From Candidatus Marinacidobacterales bacterium (GTDB lineage: Bacteria > Acidobacteriota > Vicinamibacteria > Marinacidobacterales > SMYC01), in NCBI GenBank assembly GCA_965237955.1, contig OZ250169.1:5472001-5536000 (forward strand): a stretch of 64,000 nt of DNA. Direction: 5' to 3'. Below, in pieces: positions 39,923 through 50,131 of the stretch. The translations under genes and the position numbers were made by a program. The notes under the pieces are model-generated. The model saw only the letters and a list, made by a program, of their open reading frames with translations. It was not told the DNA's origin and made no database searches. The stretch's first letter is position 1. Each line of letters opens with the position of its first letter.

Positions 39923-40110
39923 GCGTTATCGACCAACGCTTGAAGAAGATAGGGATCGAGCTTCCTGCGGCCAAGATACCGGTCGCCAACTATCTCGGGA
40001 CGAAACGTTCTGGAGACCTTCTGTTTGTGTCGGTCGCGCTCGGCGCGTCACCCGCGCTAGTGATGGGAGCCCGCGCCGCGACGAAATCGACGACGACGCT
40101 ACTCGGATAA
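39919..40110 (+). pseudogene. RidA/YjgF family N-terminal stub
   Basis: MSVIDQRLKKIGIELPAAKIPVANYLGTKRSGDLLFVS, then homology is lost. Confidence 0.7.
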
Positions 40111-40127
40111 CGGCAGTGAAGCGGTGG

Positions 40128-41963
40128 TTAGAGAATGCCGTGAAGGCTCTTGCCGCGAAGGGTCAGCTCATCCACGCGCTTCGTGACCGCCGGGTCTTCG
40201 ACGAGCGGTGGTGCGTGATGCGGTTTCAGGCGCGCATCGATGATGAGGGATTTCGCGCAGCCCCAATGTTTGTGCTCGACGAAGCTCTCCACGCCATGCA
40301 CATCATGTGACGGATTCGAGCGCGTGAACGTCACCCACAAGAAGTTCCGCAGGCTCTCGGATGCGAACGCGTCGTCGTCGACGAGAACGATCAGTGGGAG
40401 CTCTGTCAGAGACTCACCTGACAAGTGTTGTGAGGTCGCTGACATCTCTTTGTCGACGGCGTCGTAGCCTGGAAACGGCGGGGCGCCAACGACCGCAACA
40501 CCCGGCAGAGCGAGAGCGGCGTCGCGGTAGGTCGACGGCAACGTTATCGATGGCAGCGACGTTGCCAAATTCCTTCTTTGGGGACCGACAGCGGCGACGA
40601 CGAGCTTGGAGCCCGCGTTGAGCCTGGTCCCCGAGTAATCGAGGGTATCGATCGTCGTGCTCGTGTGGAAGTGCAGGTCGCGTCGGAAATCGACACGCTC
40701 GAGGAGATGCCGGAAGAAGCTCTCGATGTCTTCGATGTCGAGATCGGGGTCGTCTTCTTGGGCGACGATCAAGAGATATTTGGCGAGCGAGGCCTGACCG
40801 AAGCCGAGGATGGCGTTCGCGTTGGTGAGAAGCTCCTGAGGGGCGCGCTCGTCCGCGGGGCCGTAAGGAACATAACGCTCGCTTCCGATCGCGAGCAACA
40901 GAGGATGCACCCCGGCAGCGTCGATCGCGTGGATGGCTCTCACGCCGGGAAGCTCGACTGGCACCATCGGCGCGGTGATCTCGTGAATGAGCTTTCCGAA
41001 CGTCGTGTCTTCTTGCGGCGGACGCCCAACGACGGTGAACGGCCACACGGCGTCGTCGCGATGATAGACAGCGTCGACTTCGAGAACGGGGAAGGGGTGC
41101 GCGAGGCTGTAGTACCCGAGGTGATCGCCAAAGGGACCTTCGGGGAGCGTGCGCTCGGGATCGATTTTCCCGGTGATGACGAAGTCGGCATCCGCGGAGA
41201 TGGGGTAGCCGTCACGGCGTGCAACCCGGAAGCGGCGTCTGTTGAGCATGCCGCCGAACAAAAGCTCGCTCAGACCTTCCGGAAGCGGCATGACGGCCGC
41301 AAGCGTATGCGCCGGTGGGCCGCCGATGAAGATGCTGACTCGCAACGGCTCGCCACGTCGGACGGCCGCCGTGTGGTGCACGCCGATGCCGCGATGGATT
41401 TGATAGTGAAGCCCGACTTCTTTCCCTGAGCGGTACTCGCCGCCGGCGAGCTGTACTCGATACATGCCGAGGTTCGATTTCATGATGCCGCCGCCGTCGG
41501 GGTGCTCGGTCAAGACTTGCGGGAGAGTAATGAAGGGGCCGCCATCGTCGGGCCAGCACTTGATGGCGGGGAGCGCTTCGATGTTGGTTCGGTTCCGAAG
41601 AACCGGACCGGACGCGACCGACATCGGAAGGGATGCCAGTGCCGTCCACGGCGCCGACGCGTACGAGAACGGCCGTCGCCATGCGCTCGATGGGTCCGCC
41701 TTCAACTGAACGATCCGCTGCACCCGCGCGAGGGTGTCGCGGAACAGAAACCGTGCGCGTTCCATCGTGCCGAACAAGTTGCATACTGCGGGGAAGGGCG
41801 AGCCCTTGACGTTTTCGAACAAGATCGCCGGCGCCCCGGCTTCGTAGGCCCGTCGTTGAATCTCTGCCATCTCGAGATTCGGGTTGATCTCTTCTCGGAC
41901 ACGTACGAGGTGGTGAAGGCGCTCGAGATCGGCGATAGCCGCCCGTAAGCTCTTGTAGCCCAT
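40128..41963 (-). CDS. UbiD-family (prFMN) decarboxylase, probably for quinone biosynthesis
   Basis: WPDDGGPFITLP, NLGMYRVQ, EGPFGDHLGYY and VGRPPQED motifs. Confidence 0.92.
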   Translation of the reverse strand: MGYKSLRAAIADLERLHHLVRVREEINPNLEMAEIQRRAYEAGAPAILFENVKGSPFPAVCNLFGTMERARFLFRDTLARVQRIVQLKADPSSAWRRPFSYASAPWTALASLPMSVASGPVLRNRTNIEALPAIKCWPDDGGPFITLPQVLTEHPDGGGIMKSNLGMYRVQLAGGEYRSGKEVGLHYQIHRGIGVHHTAAVRRGEPLRVSIFIGGPPAHTLAAVMPLPEGLSELLFGGMLNRRRFRVARRDGYPISADADFVITGKIDPERTLPEGPFGDHLGYYSLAHPFPVLEVDAVYHRDDAVWPFTVVGRPPQEDTTFGKLIHEITAPMVPVELPGVRAIHAIDAAGVHPLLLAIGSERYVPYGPADERAPQELLTNANAILGFGQASLAKYLLIVAQEDDPDLDIEDIESFFRHLLERVDFRRDLHFHTSTTIDTLDYSGTRLNAGSKLVVAAVGPQRRNLATSLPSITLPSTYRDAALALPGVAVVGAPPFPGYDAVDKEMSATSQHLSGESLTELPLIVLVDDDAFASESLRNFLWVTFTRSNPSHDVHGVESFVEHKHWGCAKSLIIDARLKPHHAPPLVEDPAVTKRVDELTLRGKSLHGIL

Positions 41964-42018
41964 AGGTTCTAGACGATTCTTTGTCGCCCGCGGTGCCGAG
42001 TCAAGGCTTCGTTGTAGA

Positions 42019-43145
42019 ATGGCCCTGGCAATAATGATGAAGCACGCATTGGCATTAATATTGTTGTCGATCAGAGCCGAGGGGCTCGAGGCCCAGAGCT
42101 ACACTGAGAAGGATTTCCTCACACGCACCCGTCGCCTGACGTTTGACGGGGCCAGGGCGGGTGAAGGCTATTTCTCACCGGATAGAACGCGCATGGTGTT
42201 CCAAAGCGAGCGCGAGCCTGGGAATCCCTTCTATCAGATATACGACCTGGACTTGACGACAGGGGACATCCGACGCATCTCGGCGGGGCACGGCAAGACG
42301 ACGTGCGCGTTCTACCAGCACGATACGTTGAACATCATGTTTGCCTCGACCCACCACGACCCGCGCTCGAAAGAGCTCCAGCAAGAAGAGCTCGATGTGC
42401 GCGCGTCTGGGCGGGAGCGGCGCTATTCGTGGGACTACGACACGGAAATGGAAATCTACGTTTACCAACAGACCACTGGCGAGCTCGAGCGCCTGACGCA
42501 TGCTCTCGGCTACGACGCCGAAGGAAGCTATTCACCGGACGGTGAGTGGATCGTGTTCACGTCGATGCGAGATGCGTACAACCGCGAGCTCTCGAGCGAA
42601 AAGACAAAGCAGCTCGAGGTCGATCCGTCATACTTCGCCGAGATCTACATCATGAAGGCGGACGGGTCGATGCAGACACGGCTGACGAATGTTCCCGGGT
42701 ACGATGGCGGCCCGTTCTTTACCCCGGATGGCGAGCGGATCGTGTGGCGTCGCTTCACCGAGGACGGTCTGATCGCGGACGTGTGGACGATGGACCCCGA
42801 TGGCGGCAACGCGATGCAAGTGACGGATTTCGGTGCGATGAGATGGGCGCCGTACGCGCACCCATCGGGTGAGTACATCTTTTTTGCGAGCAACAAGCTC
42901 GGGTTCACGAACTTCGAGGTCTACATGGTGGACTTCGCCGGAAGGAAAGAACCCGTGCGGGTGACGTATACGGACGGCTTCGACGCTCTTCCCGTTCCTT
43001 CTCCGTCTGCAAGCTCGCGTGGACGTCGAACAGTGACGGCGGTGGCGGAGGGCAAATCTACATCGCCGAGTGGAATCACGAGAAGGCCATGGAAGCGCTT
43101 CTTGCGGCGCCGGAGAAAGGAATGACGCAGGACGGACAACCTTGA
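42019..43145 (+). CDS. TolB/PD40 beta-propeller protein, frameshift near 43005
   Basis: AGEGYFSPD, GYDAEGSYSPDG, GYDGGPFFTPDG; shifted frame continues KLAWTSN..IYIAEWNHE. Confidence 0.8.
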
Positions 43146-43159
43146 CCTTGACCTTGACA

Positions 43160-44950
43160 ATGATGCGCATGATGATTGTGTCGCTGTTGCTATCGGCGAC
43201 GGCCTCCGCCGAGAGTGTCAAAAAGCACGTGACGACGTTGGCCTCCGAAGACATGGCCGGCCGGCTGACCGGCATCGACGGTGCCCACAAAGCCGCCGAC
43301 TACATCATTCAGGAGCTGGAGCGATTGGGTGCGTCGACTTTACCTGGACAAAGCTCCTACCGGATTCCGTTCGAGTTCACGGCCGGAGTCAAAGATACGG
43401 GCTCGAGCTTGAATTTGTCTGGCGGCGTCGATGATTGGACCGCGCCGTCCGACAGCGTACGTGGTCTCTCGTTCTCGGACGTTGGTGAAGTCGACGGGCC
43501 GGTCGTGTTCGCCGGGTACGGCATCACCGTCCCTGAGAGTCAAGATTTCGGCTACGACAGTTACTTCGGACTCGACGTCGAAGACAAGATCGTTCTTGTG
43601 CTGCGCTATTTTCCCGAAGACGCGTCGGCTGACGTCCGAAGTGTTCTCGCGCGCTACTCCGGTCTTCGATACAAAGCGCTCAACGCGCGCGAGCGCGGAG
43701 CGAAAGGGCTTCTGCTCGTGACCGGTCCGCGTTCTCCGAACGCGGGAGAGCTTACCGCGCTCACGTTCGACACCGCGGCGTCGGGCTCGGGCATCGTCGC
43801 CGCAAGCATTACTGGTGAGCTCGCCGAGCGACTCTTCGAGCACGTTGCGGACAAGACGCTCGAGCAAGCTCAAGAGGATCTCGATAGCGCCAATCCTCAC
43901 GTGACCGGATTCGAAATTCCCGACGTCACCCTCCGTGTGAACGTGCAGCTCGAGCGGGAGATGGGGACGGGGTACAACGTGGCCGGTTATTTCCCGGCCA
44001 ACGCCAACGGCAATGCCGCGTTTGCCGATCGATTCGTTCTCATGGGCGCTCATTACGATCACCTCGGAACCGGACGGCATGGGAATTCTCTCGCGGGGAA
44101 GGACGAAGCGGGGCAAGTTCACGGTGGCGCCGATGACAATGCTTCCGGAGTCGCCGCGGTGCTCGGTGCTGCGGAGTGGTTGAAAAAGAGGAACCGCCGC
44201 TCGCACGTTGCGTTCGCGTTCTGGTCGGGTGAGGAGATGGGCCTTCTCGGCTCGGGCTCGTTCGTCGCCTCGGACGCCATCGATTCGGAGACACTCGCAG
44301 CCTACGTGAACTTCGACATGGTCGGGCGCATGCGGGACAACAAGCTCGTGCTCCAGGCTGTGGGCACCAGCGACGTGTGGCCACGTCTCATCGAGCAAAC
44401 GAACGTCCCCGTGGGTTTCGACGTAAAGATGACCGAAGATCCCTACTTGCCGACCGACGTCATGAGCTTCAACCAAGCGGAAGTCCCGAGCATCAATTTC
44501 TTCACCGGTAGCCACAAGGAGTACCACCGGCCGGCCGATCGTGTCGAGCTCATCAATTTCGAGGATCTGGAGCGGATCGTGCAATTCGGTGCGCTTCTGA
44601 CCGAAAAGCTCGCGAACCTCGATGAAGCACCCGAGTTCATCAAAGTCGCGCGCACGAGACAAGAGGGTGGGAGTCGCGACTCGGTGCGGGCGTTCACGGG
44701 CACGATTCCGGATTATTCGACCGAGATCGAGGGGCTGCTCTTGAGCGGTGTGATCGAAGGTGGTCCCGCCGAGGAAGCCGGGCTTCTGGGTGGTGACGTC
44801 ATAATAGAGTTTGCCGGACAGAAAATCACGAACATCTATGACTACACCTATGCGCTCGACGTCGTGAAGGTTGGTGAGCCGATCGAGGTGGTTTACGAGC
44901 GCGACGGTGAGAAGAAGCAAACGACGTTGACGCCGCGCGCTCGCAAGTAG
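43160..44950 (+). CDS. M28 aminopeptidase with PA and PDZ domains
   Basis: GAHYDHLG, GADDNASG, GEEMGLLGS, NFDMVGR, YHRPAD; PDZ GTIPDY. Confidence 0.92.
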   Translation: MMRMMIVSLLLSATASAESVKKHVTTLASEDMAGRLTGIDGAHKAADYIIQELERLGASTLPGQSSYRIPFEFTAGVKDTGSSLNLSGGVDDWTAPSDSVRGLSFSDVGEVDGPVVFAGYGITVPESQDFGYDSYFGLDVEDKIVLVLRYFPEDASADVRSVLARYSGLRYKALNARERGAKGLLLVTGPRSPNAGELTALTFDTAASGSGIVAASITGELAERLFEHVADKTLEQAQEDLDSANPHVTGFEIPDVTLRVNVQLEREMGTGYNVAGYFPANANGNAAFADRFVLMGAHYDHLGTGRHGNSLAGKDEAGQVHGGADDNASGVAAVLGAAEWLKKRNRRSHVAFAFWSGEEMGLLGSGSFVASDAIDSETLAAYVNFDMVGRMRDNKLVLQAVGTSDVWPRLIEQTNVPVGFDVKMTEDPYLPTDVMSFNQAEVPSINFFTGSHKEYHRPADRVELINFEDLERIVQFGALLTEKLANLDEAPEFIKVARTRQEGGSRDSVRAFTGTIPDYSTEIEGLLLSGVIEGGPAEEAGLLGGDVIIEFAGQKITNIYDYTYALDVVKVGEPIEVVYERDGEKKQTTLTPRARK

Positions 44951-45178
44951 ATATCACTCGGCCTTTTCGGTGGTCGGGTCGAAGATCTTGCGAATCTCCG
45001 TCACCTTCGTCGCAGGAATTTACTCCTCTTCGCGTGCTCGCGGATCACTTCTTCGGAGATTCAGCGGATGACGTCCGTGCCTGTCGCCTTATGGGGCCGG
45101 TGCGACATGGCTCTCGATGGGGAGAGCTCCGACGCGCCGGTCCCTGTTGTTTTTCAGTTCAGCATTCAGGAAGATCAA

Positions 45179-45263
45179 CCCCCCTCACCCGCTAGCCTTC
45201 CGCCTCCGCCAAAGGCTACGGCGGACCCGCCGAAGCTCCTAGCGAAGACGGGTGGGGGGAGAG
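45179..45263. repeat. Composite REP-like palindromic element
   Basis: CCCCCTCACCC...GGGTGGGGGG enclosing CCGCCAAAGGCTACGGCGG and CCGCCGAAGCTCCTAGCGAAGACGG. Confidence 0.5.
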
Positions 45264-45273
45264 TTTTTTGTTC

Positions 45274-45687
45274 TTACGTGTCTTTGGATTTACCGCCGAA
45301 TATCGAGTCGATGCTCAGTTTGCCGGCGCCGTGGGCGGCGATGTAGAGAAAGACGAAGGAGTAGATCACGGCGGACTCACCGCGGTTTTCGATGGGAAAC
45401 AGGTCTCGGGAGGCGTGGGCCATGAAGTACGCCGCCGCCATTTGGCCACTGGCGATGAAGGCGGCCCAGCTCGTCTGGAAGCCGACGGCGACCAAAAGGC
45501 CTCCGAAAAACTCGATGAGGCCGGCGAAGAACATCAGCGAAAGAAACGCCGCCGAGCCTCCATCTTCGCCCATGCCTCCGAGCCAACCGAACAGTTTCTG
45601 CGCGCCGTGCTGGGCGAACATGAGCCCGACCACGATGCGCATGGCGGCGTAGATTAGACCCGAGAACTTACCGAGAAAACTTTGCAT
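45274..45687 (-). CDS. DoxX family membrane protein
   Basis: RIVVGLMFAQHGAQKLFG, IEFFGG and GAGKLSID motifs. Confidence 0.92.
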   Translation of the reverse strand: MQSFLGKFSGLIYAAMRIVVGLMFAQHGAQKLFGWLGGMGEDGGSAAFLSLMFFAGLIEFFGGLLVAVGFQTSWAAFIASGQMAAAYFMAHASRDLFPIENRGESAVIYSFVFLYIAAHGAGKLSIDSIFGGKSKDT

Positions 45688-45806
45688 TAGTGCCTCCGTT
45701 GTACGAGTAAATGTGATTGCGCCAGCCCTCGTTTATTACGAGACGGTCGCTCCCGTCAAGCGCTACTTTCATCTGTGCTAAACTAAACGGTTTAGCCGAC
45801 TCTTCC

Positions 45807-47606
45807 ATGATCCAAGAGAACGTTCGCAACTTCTGCATCATCGCACATATCGACCACGGTAAGTCCACTTTGGCCGATCGGCTGATCCAACGCTGTGGCG
45901 GCGTCACCGATCGCGAGTTTCGCGATCAAATTCTCGATTCGATGGATCTCGAGCGTGAGCGCGGGATCACCATCAAGAGCAATACGGTGACGCTTCTCTA
46001 TGATGCGAAAGACGGGAAGCGATACCAGCTGAACCTCATCGATACGCCGGGTCACGTCGACTTCTCCCACGAAGTGCGCCGCTCGCTGATGTCGTGCGAG
46101 GGAGCGCTGATTCTCGTCGATGCATCCCAGGGTGTCGAGGCACAGACGGTCGCGAACCTCTATCTCGCGATGGAGTACGAGCTCGAGCTCCTTCCGGTGA
46201 TCAACAAAATCGATTTGCCTGCCGCGGATATCGATCGTGCGCGCGAGGAGATCGACGCCGATTTGGGGCTCGACCCGTTCGAGGCAATTCCGGTGTCGGC
46301 AAAACTGGGGCAAGGCGTCGATGAGCTCATCGAGGCGATCGTGGAAAAGCTTCCCCCGCCGTCGGGAGATGCGGCCAAGCCGCTCCAAGCGCTCATTTTC
46401 GATGCGCAATACGACGCCTACCGCGGCGTGGTCGTGCTGTGCAAAGTCGCCGAGGGAACATTGCAGCCCGGGCAGAGCATTCGCTTCATGCACACCGCAA
46501 AAGAGTACGACGTCGAAGAAGTCGGCTTGCTACAACTGAAGCGTGTGAAAAAAAAGGAGCTCGCGGCCGGCACGGTCGGATACGTTATCGCCAACATCAA
46601 GACGATTCGTGATATCGCCATCGGCGACACCATCACCGACGTCGCCAACCCGGCTTCCGACCCGCTTCCCGGATACAAAGAAGCGAAGCCCGTTGTCTTT
46701 TCTTCGATCTATCCGATGTCGACCGACGAGTACGAAGATCTCACCAAAGCTCTCGATAAGCTGACACTGAACGATCCGGCGCTGACATACGAGAAAGATT
46801 CCTCGGCGGCTCTGGGGTTCGGGTTCCGCTGCGGCTTCCTTGGGCTTTTGCATCTCGATGTGATCCAAGAGCGGTTGCAGCGCGAGTACGGCTTGTCGCT
46901 TCTACTGTCGGCGCCCTCGGTGCGCTACCGCATCACGCTCGCGGACGACGAGGTCCAGATGATCGACAATCCGGCCGACTATCCGGACCCGGGGAGAATC
47001 GCGAAGACCGAAGAGCCCTACATCAAAGCGTCGATCATGATGCCGGAGCGCTACGTCGGGGTGGTGATGGAGCTCAGTAGAGAACGCCGCGGCGAAAGCT
47101 CCACGTTCAACTATCTATCGGTGGGGCGCGTCGAGCTTACCTCGGAGCTTCCGCTCGCCGAGGTGCTCTTCGATTTCTACGATCGGCTCAAGACCGTAAC
47201 CCAAGGCTACGGATCGTTCGATTATGACTTGCTCGACTACCGCGAGACGAAGATCGTGAAGGTCGACATCCTGGTCAACAGCGAGCGCGTCGACGCACTC
47301 TCGCAGCTCGTGCACGAAGACAAGGCGCGAGCGCGGGCGCTCCACTATTGCGAGCGGTTGGCCAACACCATCCCGAAGCAGCAGTTCAAGATCGCGATCC
47401 AAGGTGCTATCGGTGCGAAGATCATCGCCCGCACGACCATCAACGCCTATCGGAAGGACGTGACCGCGAAGTGCTACGGTGGTGACATCACCCGAAAGCG
47501 CAAGCTCATCGAGAAACAAAAAGAGGGTAAAAAGCGCATGAAGATGGTGGGATCGGTGGAGATCCCGCAGTCTGCGTTCGTGGCGGTCCTCAAAACGGAT
47601 GAGTAG
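45807..47606 (+). CDS. lepA: Translation elongation factor 4
   Basis: RNFCIIAHIDHGKSTLADR, DTPGHVDF, GFRCGFLGLLH and KCYGGDITRKRKL motifs. Confidence 0.98.
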   Translation: MIQENVRNFCIIAHIDHGKSTLADRLIQRCGGVTDREFRDQILDSMDLERERGITIKSNTVTLLYDAKDGKRYQLNLIDTPGHVDFSHEVRRSLMSCEGALILVDASQGVEAQTVANLYLAMEYELELLPVINKIDLPAADIDRAREEIDADLGLDPFEAIPVSAKLGQGVDELIEAIVEKLPPPSGDAAKPLQALIFDAQYDAYRGVVVLCKVAEGTLQPGQSIRFMHTAKEYDVEEVGLLQLKRVKKKELAAGTVGYVIANIKTIRDIAIGDTITDVANPASDPLPGYKEAKPVVFSSIYPMSTDEYEDLTKALDKLTLNDPALTYEKDSSAALGFGFRCGFLGLLHLDVIQERLQREYGLSLLLSAPSVRYRITLADDEVQMIDNPADYPDPGRIAKTEEPYIKASIMMPERYVGVVMELSRERRGESSTFNYLSVGRVELTSELPLAEVLFDFYDRLKTVTQGYGSFDYDLLDYRETKIVKVDILVNSERVDALSQLVHEDKARARALHYCERLANTIPKQQFKIAIQGAIGAKIIARTTINAYRKDVTAKCYGGDITRKRKLIEKQKEGKKRMKMVGSVEIPQSAFVAVLKTDE

Positions 47607-48747
47607 GCCCGGCCTCTACGTTCACGTTCCATTCTGCTCAGCTATCTGTCCCTACTGCGATTTTGCCGTCGTCACTGGTGCTCGCGATCGCCGCAAGCGC
47701 TACGTGGAGCACTTACTGCGAGAGCTCGAGGCACGTAACGAGCTCACCGGCTTCGACACGGTTTATTTTGGTGGCGGGACGCCATCGCTTCTCGATAGCG
47801 ATGACCTTCACCGGATTCGCGAGCGAGCGTCGCTCGCTGCTGATGAGCGCGTGTTTCTCGAAGCGAATCCGGAGGACGTGACCGAGAGCTCGGTGGCTCG
47901 CTGGCGCGAGCTCGGCGTGTCGACGCTCAGCCTCGGTATCCAGTCGTTCGATGACGACGCGCTCTCGTTTCTCGGGCGGCGTCACACCGCGTCCCAAGCG
48001 CACGCGGCCATCGAGACCGCGCGCCGGGCCGGTTTCGAGACGCTCTCGATCGATCTCATTTTAGGACTTCCGGATCAATCGTTGCGTACCTGGCAAAGGA
48101 CTCTCGACCACGCGCTCGCGCATGAGCCCGACCACATCTCGTGCTACCAGCTCACGATCCATGAAAAGACGCTCTTCGGCCGCAAACAGCGCGAAGGGAA
48201 GCTCCGGGAGGCGAGCAACGACGCGCAAGCAGAGCTTCTTCGTGAGACGCACCGCGCTCTCGCAGGAGCCGGCTACACCGGTTACGAAGTCTCGAACTTC
48301 GCTCGTGGTGCGGAGCATCGCTCGAAGCACAATGAGAAATATTGGGATCACACGCCGTATCTCGGGATTGGTCCCTCGGCTCATTCTTTCGACGGGCGGA
48401 CGCGCTCGTGGAATACACGCTCGCTTTTCTCATGGCAGAAGCAGATCGATTCCGGTGCTAGCGCGATCGAAGGACACGAGACGCTGGACGACGACGCGCT
48501 TCTTCTCGAGACGATCATGTTGCGGCTTCGCACCCGCGACGGACTCGACTTCGACGATGTGGCCGAGCGCTTCCACGTCGATCTTCTTCAGTGTAACCGT
48601 GAGCTCGTCGACCGGCTGTGCGACGAGAAACTCGTCGAGCTCTCCGGCCGTCGCCTCCGCCCCACCGTCGAAGGATTGGCCGTCGCCGATAGCCTCGCCA
48701 CGTCTTTCCAGATACCGAACCACCCATGGCAGCAGACTCTCCGGTAA
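47599..48747 (+). CDS. hemW: Radical SAM heme chaperone HemW
   Basis: YVHVPFCSAICPYCDF, GGGTPS, YEVSNFA, HNEKYW; follows lepA. Confidence 0.93.
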   Translation: MSRPGLYVHVPFCSAICPYCDFAVVTGARDRRKRYVEHLLRELEARNELTGFDTVYFGGGTPSLLDSDDLHRIRERASLAADERVFLEANPEDVTESSVARWRELGVSTLSLGIQSFDDDALSFLGRRHTASQAHAAIETARRAGFETLSIDLILGLPDQSLRTWQRTLDHALAHEPDHISCYQLTIHEKTLFGRKQREGKLREASNDAQAELLRETHRALAGAGYTGYEVSNFARGAEHRSKHNEKYWDHTPYLGIGPSAHSFDGRTRSWNTRSLFSWQKQIDSGASAIEGHETLDDDALLLETIMLRLRTRDGLDFDDVAERFHVDLLQCNRELVDRLCDEKLVELSGRRLRPTVEGLAVADSLATSFQIPNHPWQQTLR

Positions 48748-50042
48748 CCTACCGGAGAATCTTCCGGCTGTGGGTGCCGCTCGCGGCGACATGGCTGATG
48801 ATGTCGGTCGAGGGTACGTTTCTTGCCGCGGTGATCGCGCGACTCGACGAGCCGACGTTCAATCTCGCGGCCTACGGCGTGGCGTTTGCGTTCGCTCTCA
48901 TCGTCGAAGCGCCCATCATCATGATTTTGAGCGCGGCTACGGCACTGGTCCGAGACTACGAGTCGTTCAAAAAGCTCCGGAACTTCAGCTACACGCTGAA
49001 CCTGTTGATCACCCTGGGGATGCTCCTGGTGCTGTGGCGACCGGTGTTCTCGTGGTTGTCCAAGGATGTGCTGGCGCTTCCAGGTCCGGTCGCGACACTC
49101 ACGCATCGAGCGCTCGAGCTGCTGCTTCCGTGGCCGGCGGCAATCGGTTACCGGCGTTTCTACCAGGGGATTCTGATCCGGGCCGAGCTCACGCGGCGTG
49201 TCGCTTACGGCACCGCGGTTCGTGTCGTCACCATGGCGGCGACGGCGCTCGTCCTTTACACTTTTTTCGCGTTACCGGGCGCACTCGTCGGCGCATCCGC
49301 GCTGTCCGCCGGAGTGGTCTTGGGGGCGATCGCCACGCGACTGATGGCGCTCGGTCTTCCGGAGAGACTCAAGAACCAGCCCGCCGGGGAGCACCTCAGC
49401 TACCGCCGCATCATCGATTTCTACGTCCCGCTGGCGTTAACGTCGATCATTTCGCTGGCGGTGCACCCGATGGTGACGTTCTCATTGGGCCAGAGCCGCC
49501 TTCCTCTGGAATCGCTCGCCGTGTACCCCGTCGTCACCTCGCTGACGTTCATCTTCCGGAGCATGGCACTGTCGTATCAAGAGGTCGCCATCACCCTCCT
49601 CGACGGCACCCGAGACAACTTCCGTCGAATATCCCGATTCGCGGCCGTCCTCGGCACCGTCGCAACTCTCGGGCTCCTCGTGATCGCATTCACGCCGCTC
49701 GCCGGTGTTTGGTTTCGGCACGTTTCCGGCCTCAGCGAAGAGCTCGCCGAGCTCTGTCTCCTGCCGCTGAGACTCTTCAGTCTCATTCCGTTTTTCTCGG
49801 TTTTGCTGGCGTTTCAGCGGTCGATCCTCGTGGTCGGACGGACCACGAGGCCCATGACCGTAGCGACGGTGGTGGAAGTCGTCGGAATCGTGAGTCTCCT
49901 CGTTCTCACGATCGGCGTTTTCGACCTCGTCGGTGTCGTGGGGGCCGTCATCGCGTTGTTCGGAGGCCGGCTGTTGGGAAATACCTACATGATGTTCCCG
50001 GTTTACATCGTACTGAGGTCGGCGGGCGTCTATCCTCGGTGA
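48726..50042 (+). CDS. MATE/MOP-superfamily membrane transporter
   Basis: About 12 TM helices in two similar halves (WVPLA / YVPLA). Confidence 0.7.
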   Translation: MAADSPVTYRRIFRLWVPLAATWLMMSVEGTFLAAVIARLDEPTFNLAAYGVAFAFALIVEAPIIMILSAATALVRDYESFKKLRNFSYTLNLLITLGMLLVLWRPVFSWLSKDVLALPGPVATLTHRALELLLPWPAAIGYRRFYQGILIRAELTRRVAYGTAVRVVTMAATALVLYTFFALPGALVGASALSAGVVLGAIATRLMALGLPERLKNQPAGEHLSYRRIIDFYVPLALTSIISLAVHPMVTFSLGQSRLPLESLAVYPVVTSLTFIFRSMALSYQEVAITLLDGTRDNFRRISRFAAVLGTVATLGLLVIAFTPLAGVWFRHVSGLSEELAELCLLPLRLFSLIPFFSVLLAFQRSILVVGRTTRPMTVATVVEVVGIVSLLVLTIGVFDLVGVVGAVIALFGGRLLGNTYMMFPVYIVLRSAGVYPR

Positions 50043-50131
50043 CTCGGTTGCGCAAGCAGGAATCGCCCGCCATACTGAACACACGCTCAAGTTCATAACC
50101 GGGTAAAGAAAACGACGACGGAGGTCGCCCG

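Noticed and set aside
43340-44920. Long antisense ORFs (also 57554-59122, 51410-52678)
   Set aside because: Antisense shadows of well-supported genes, with no recognisable motifs
48122-50098. 658-aa ORF overlapping hemW and the MATE gene
   Set aside because: Arg/Ser-rich off-frame shadow ORF typical of high-GC DNA
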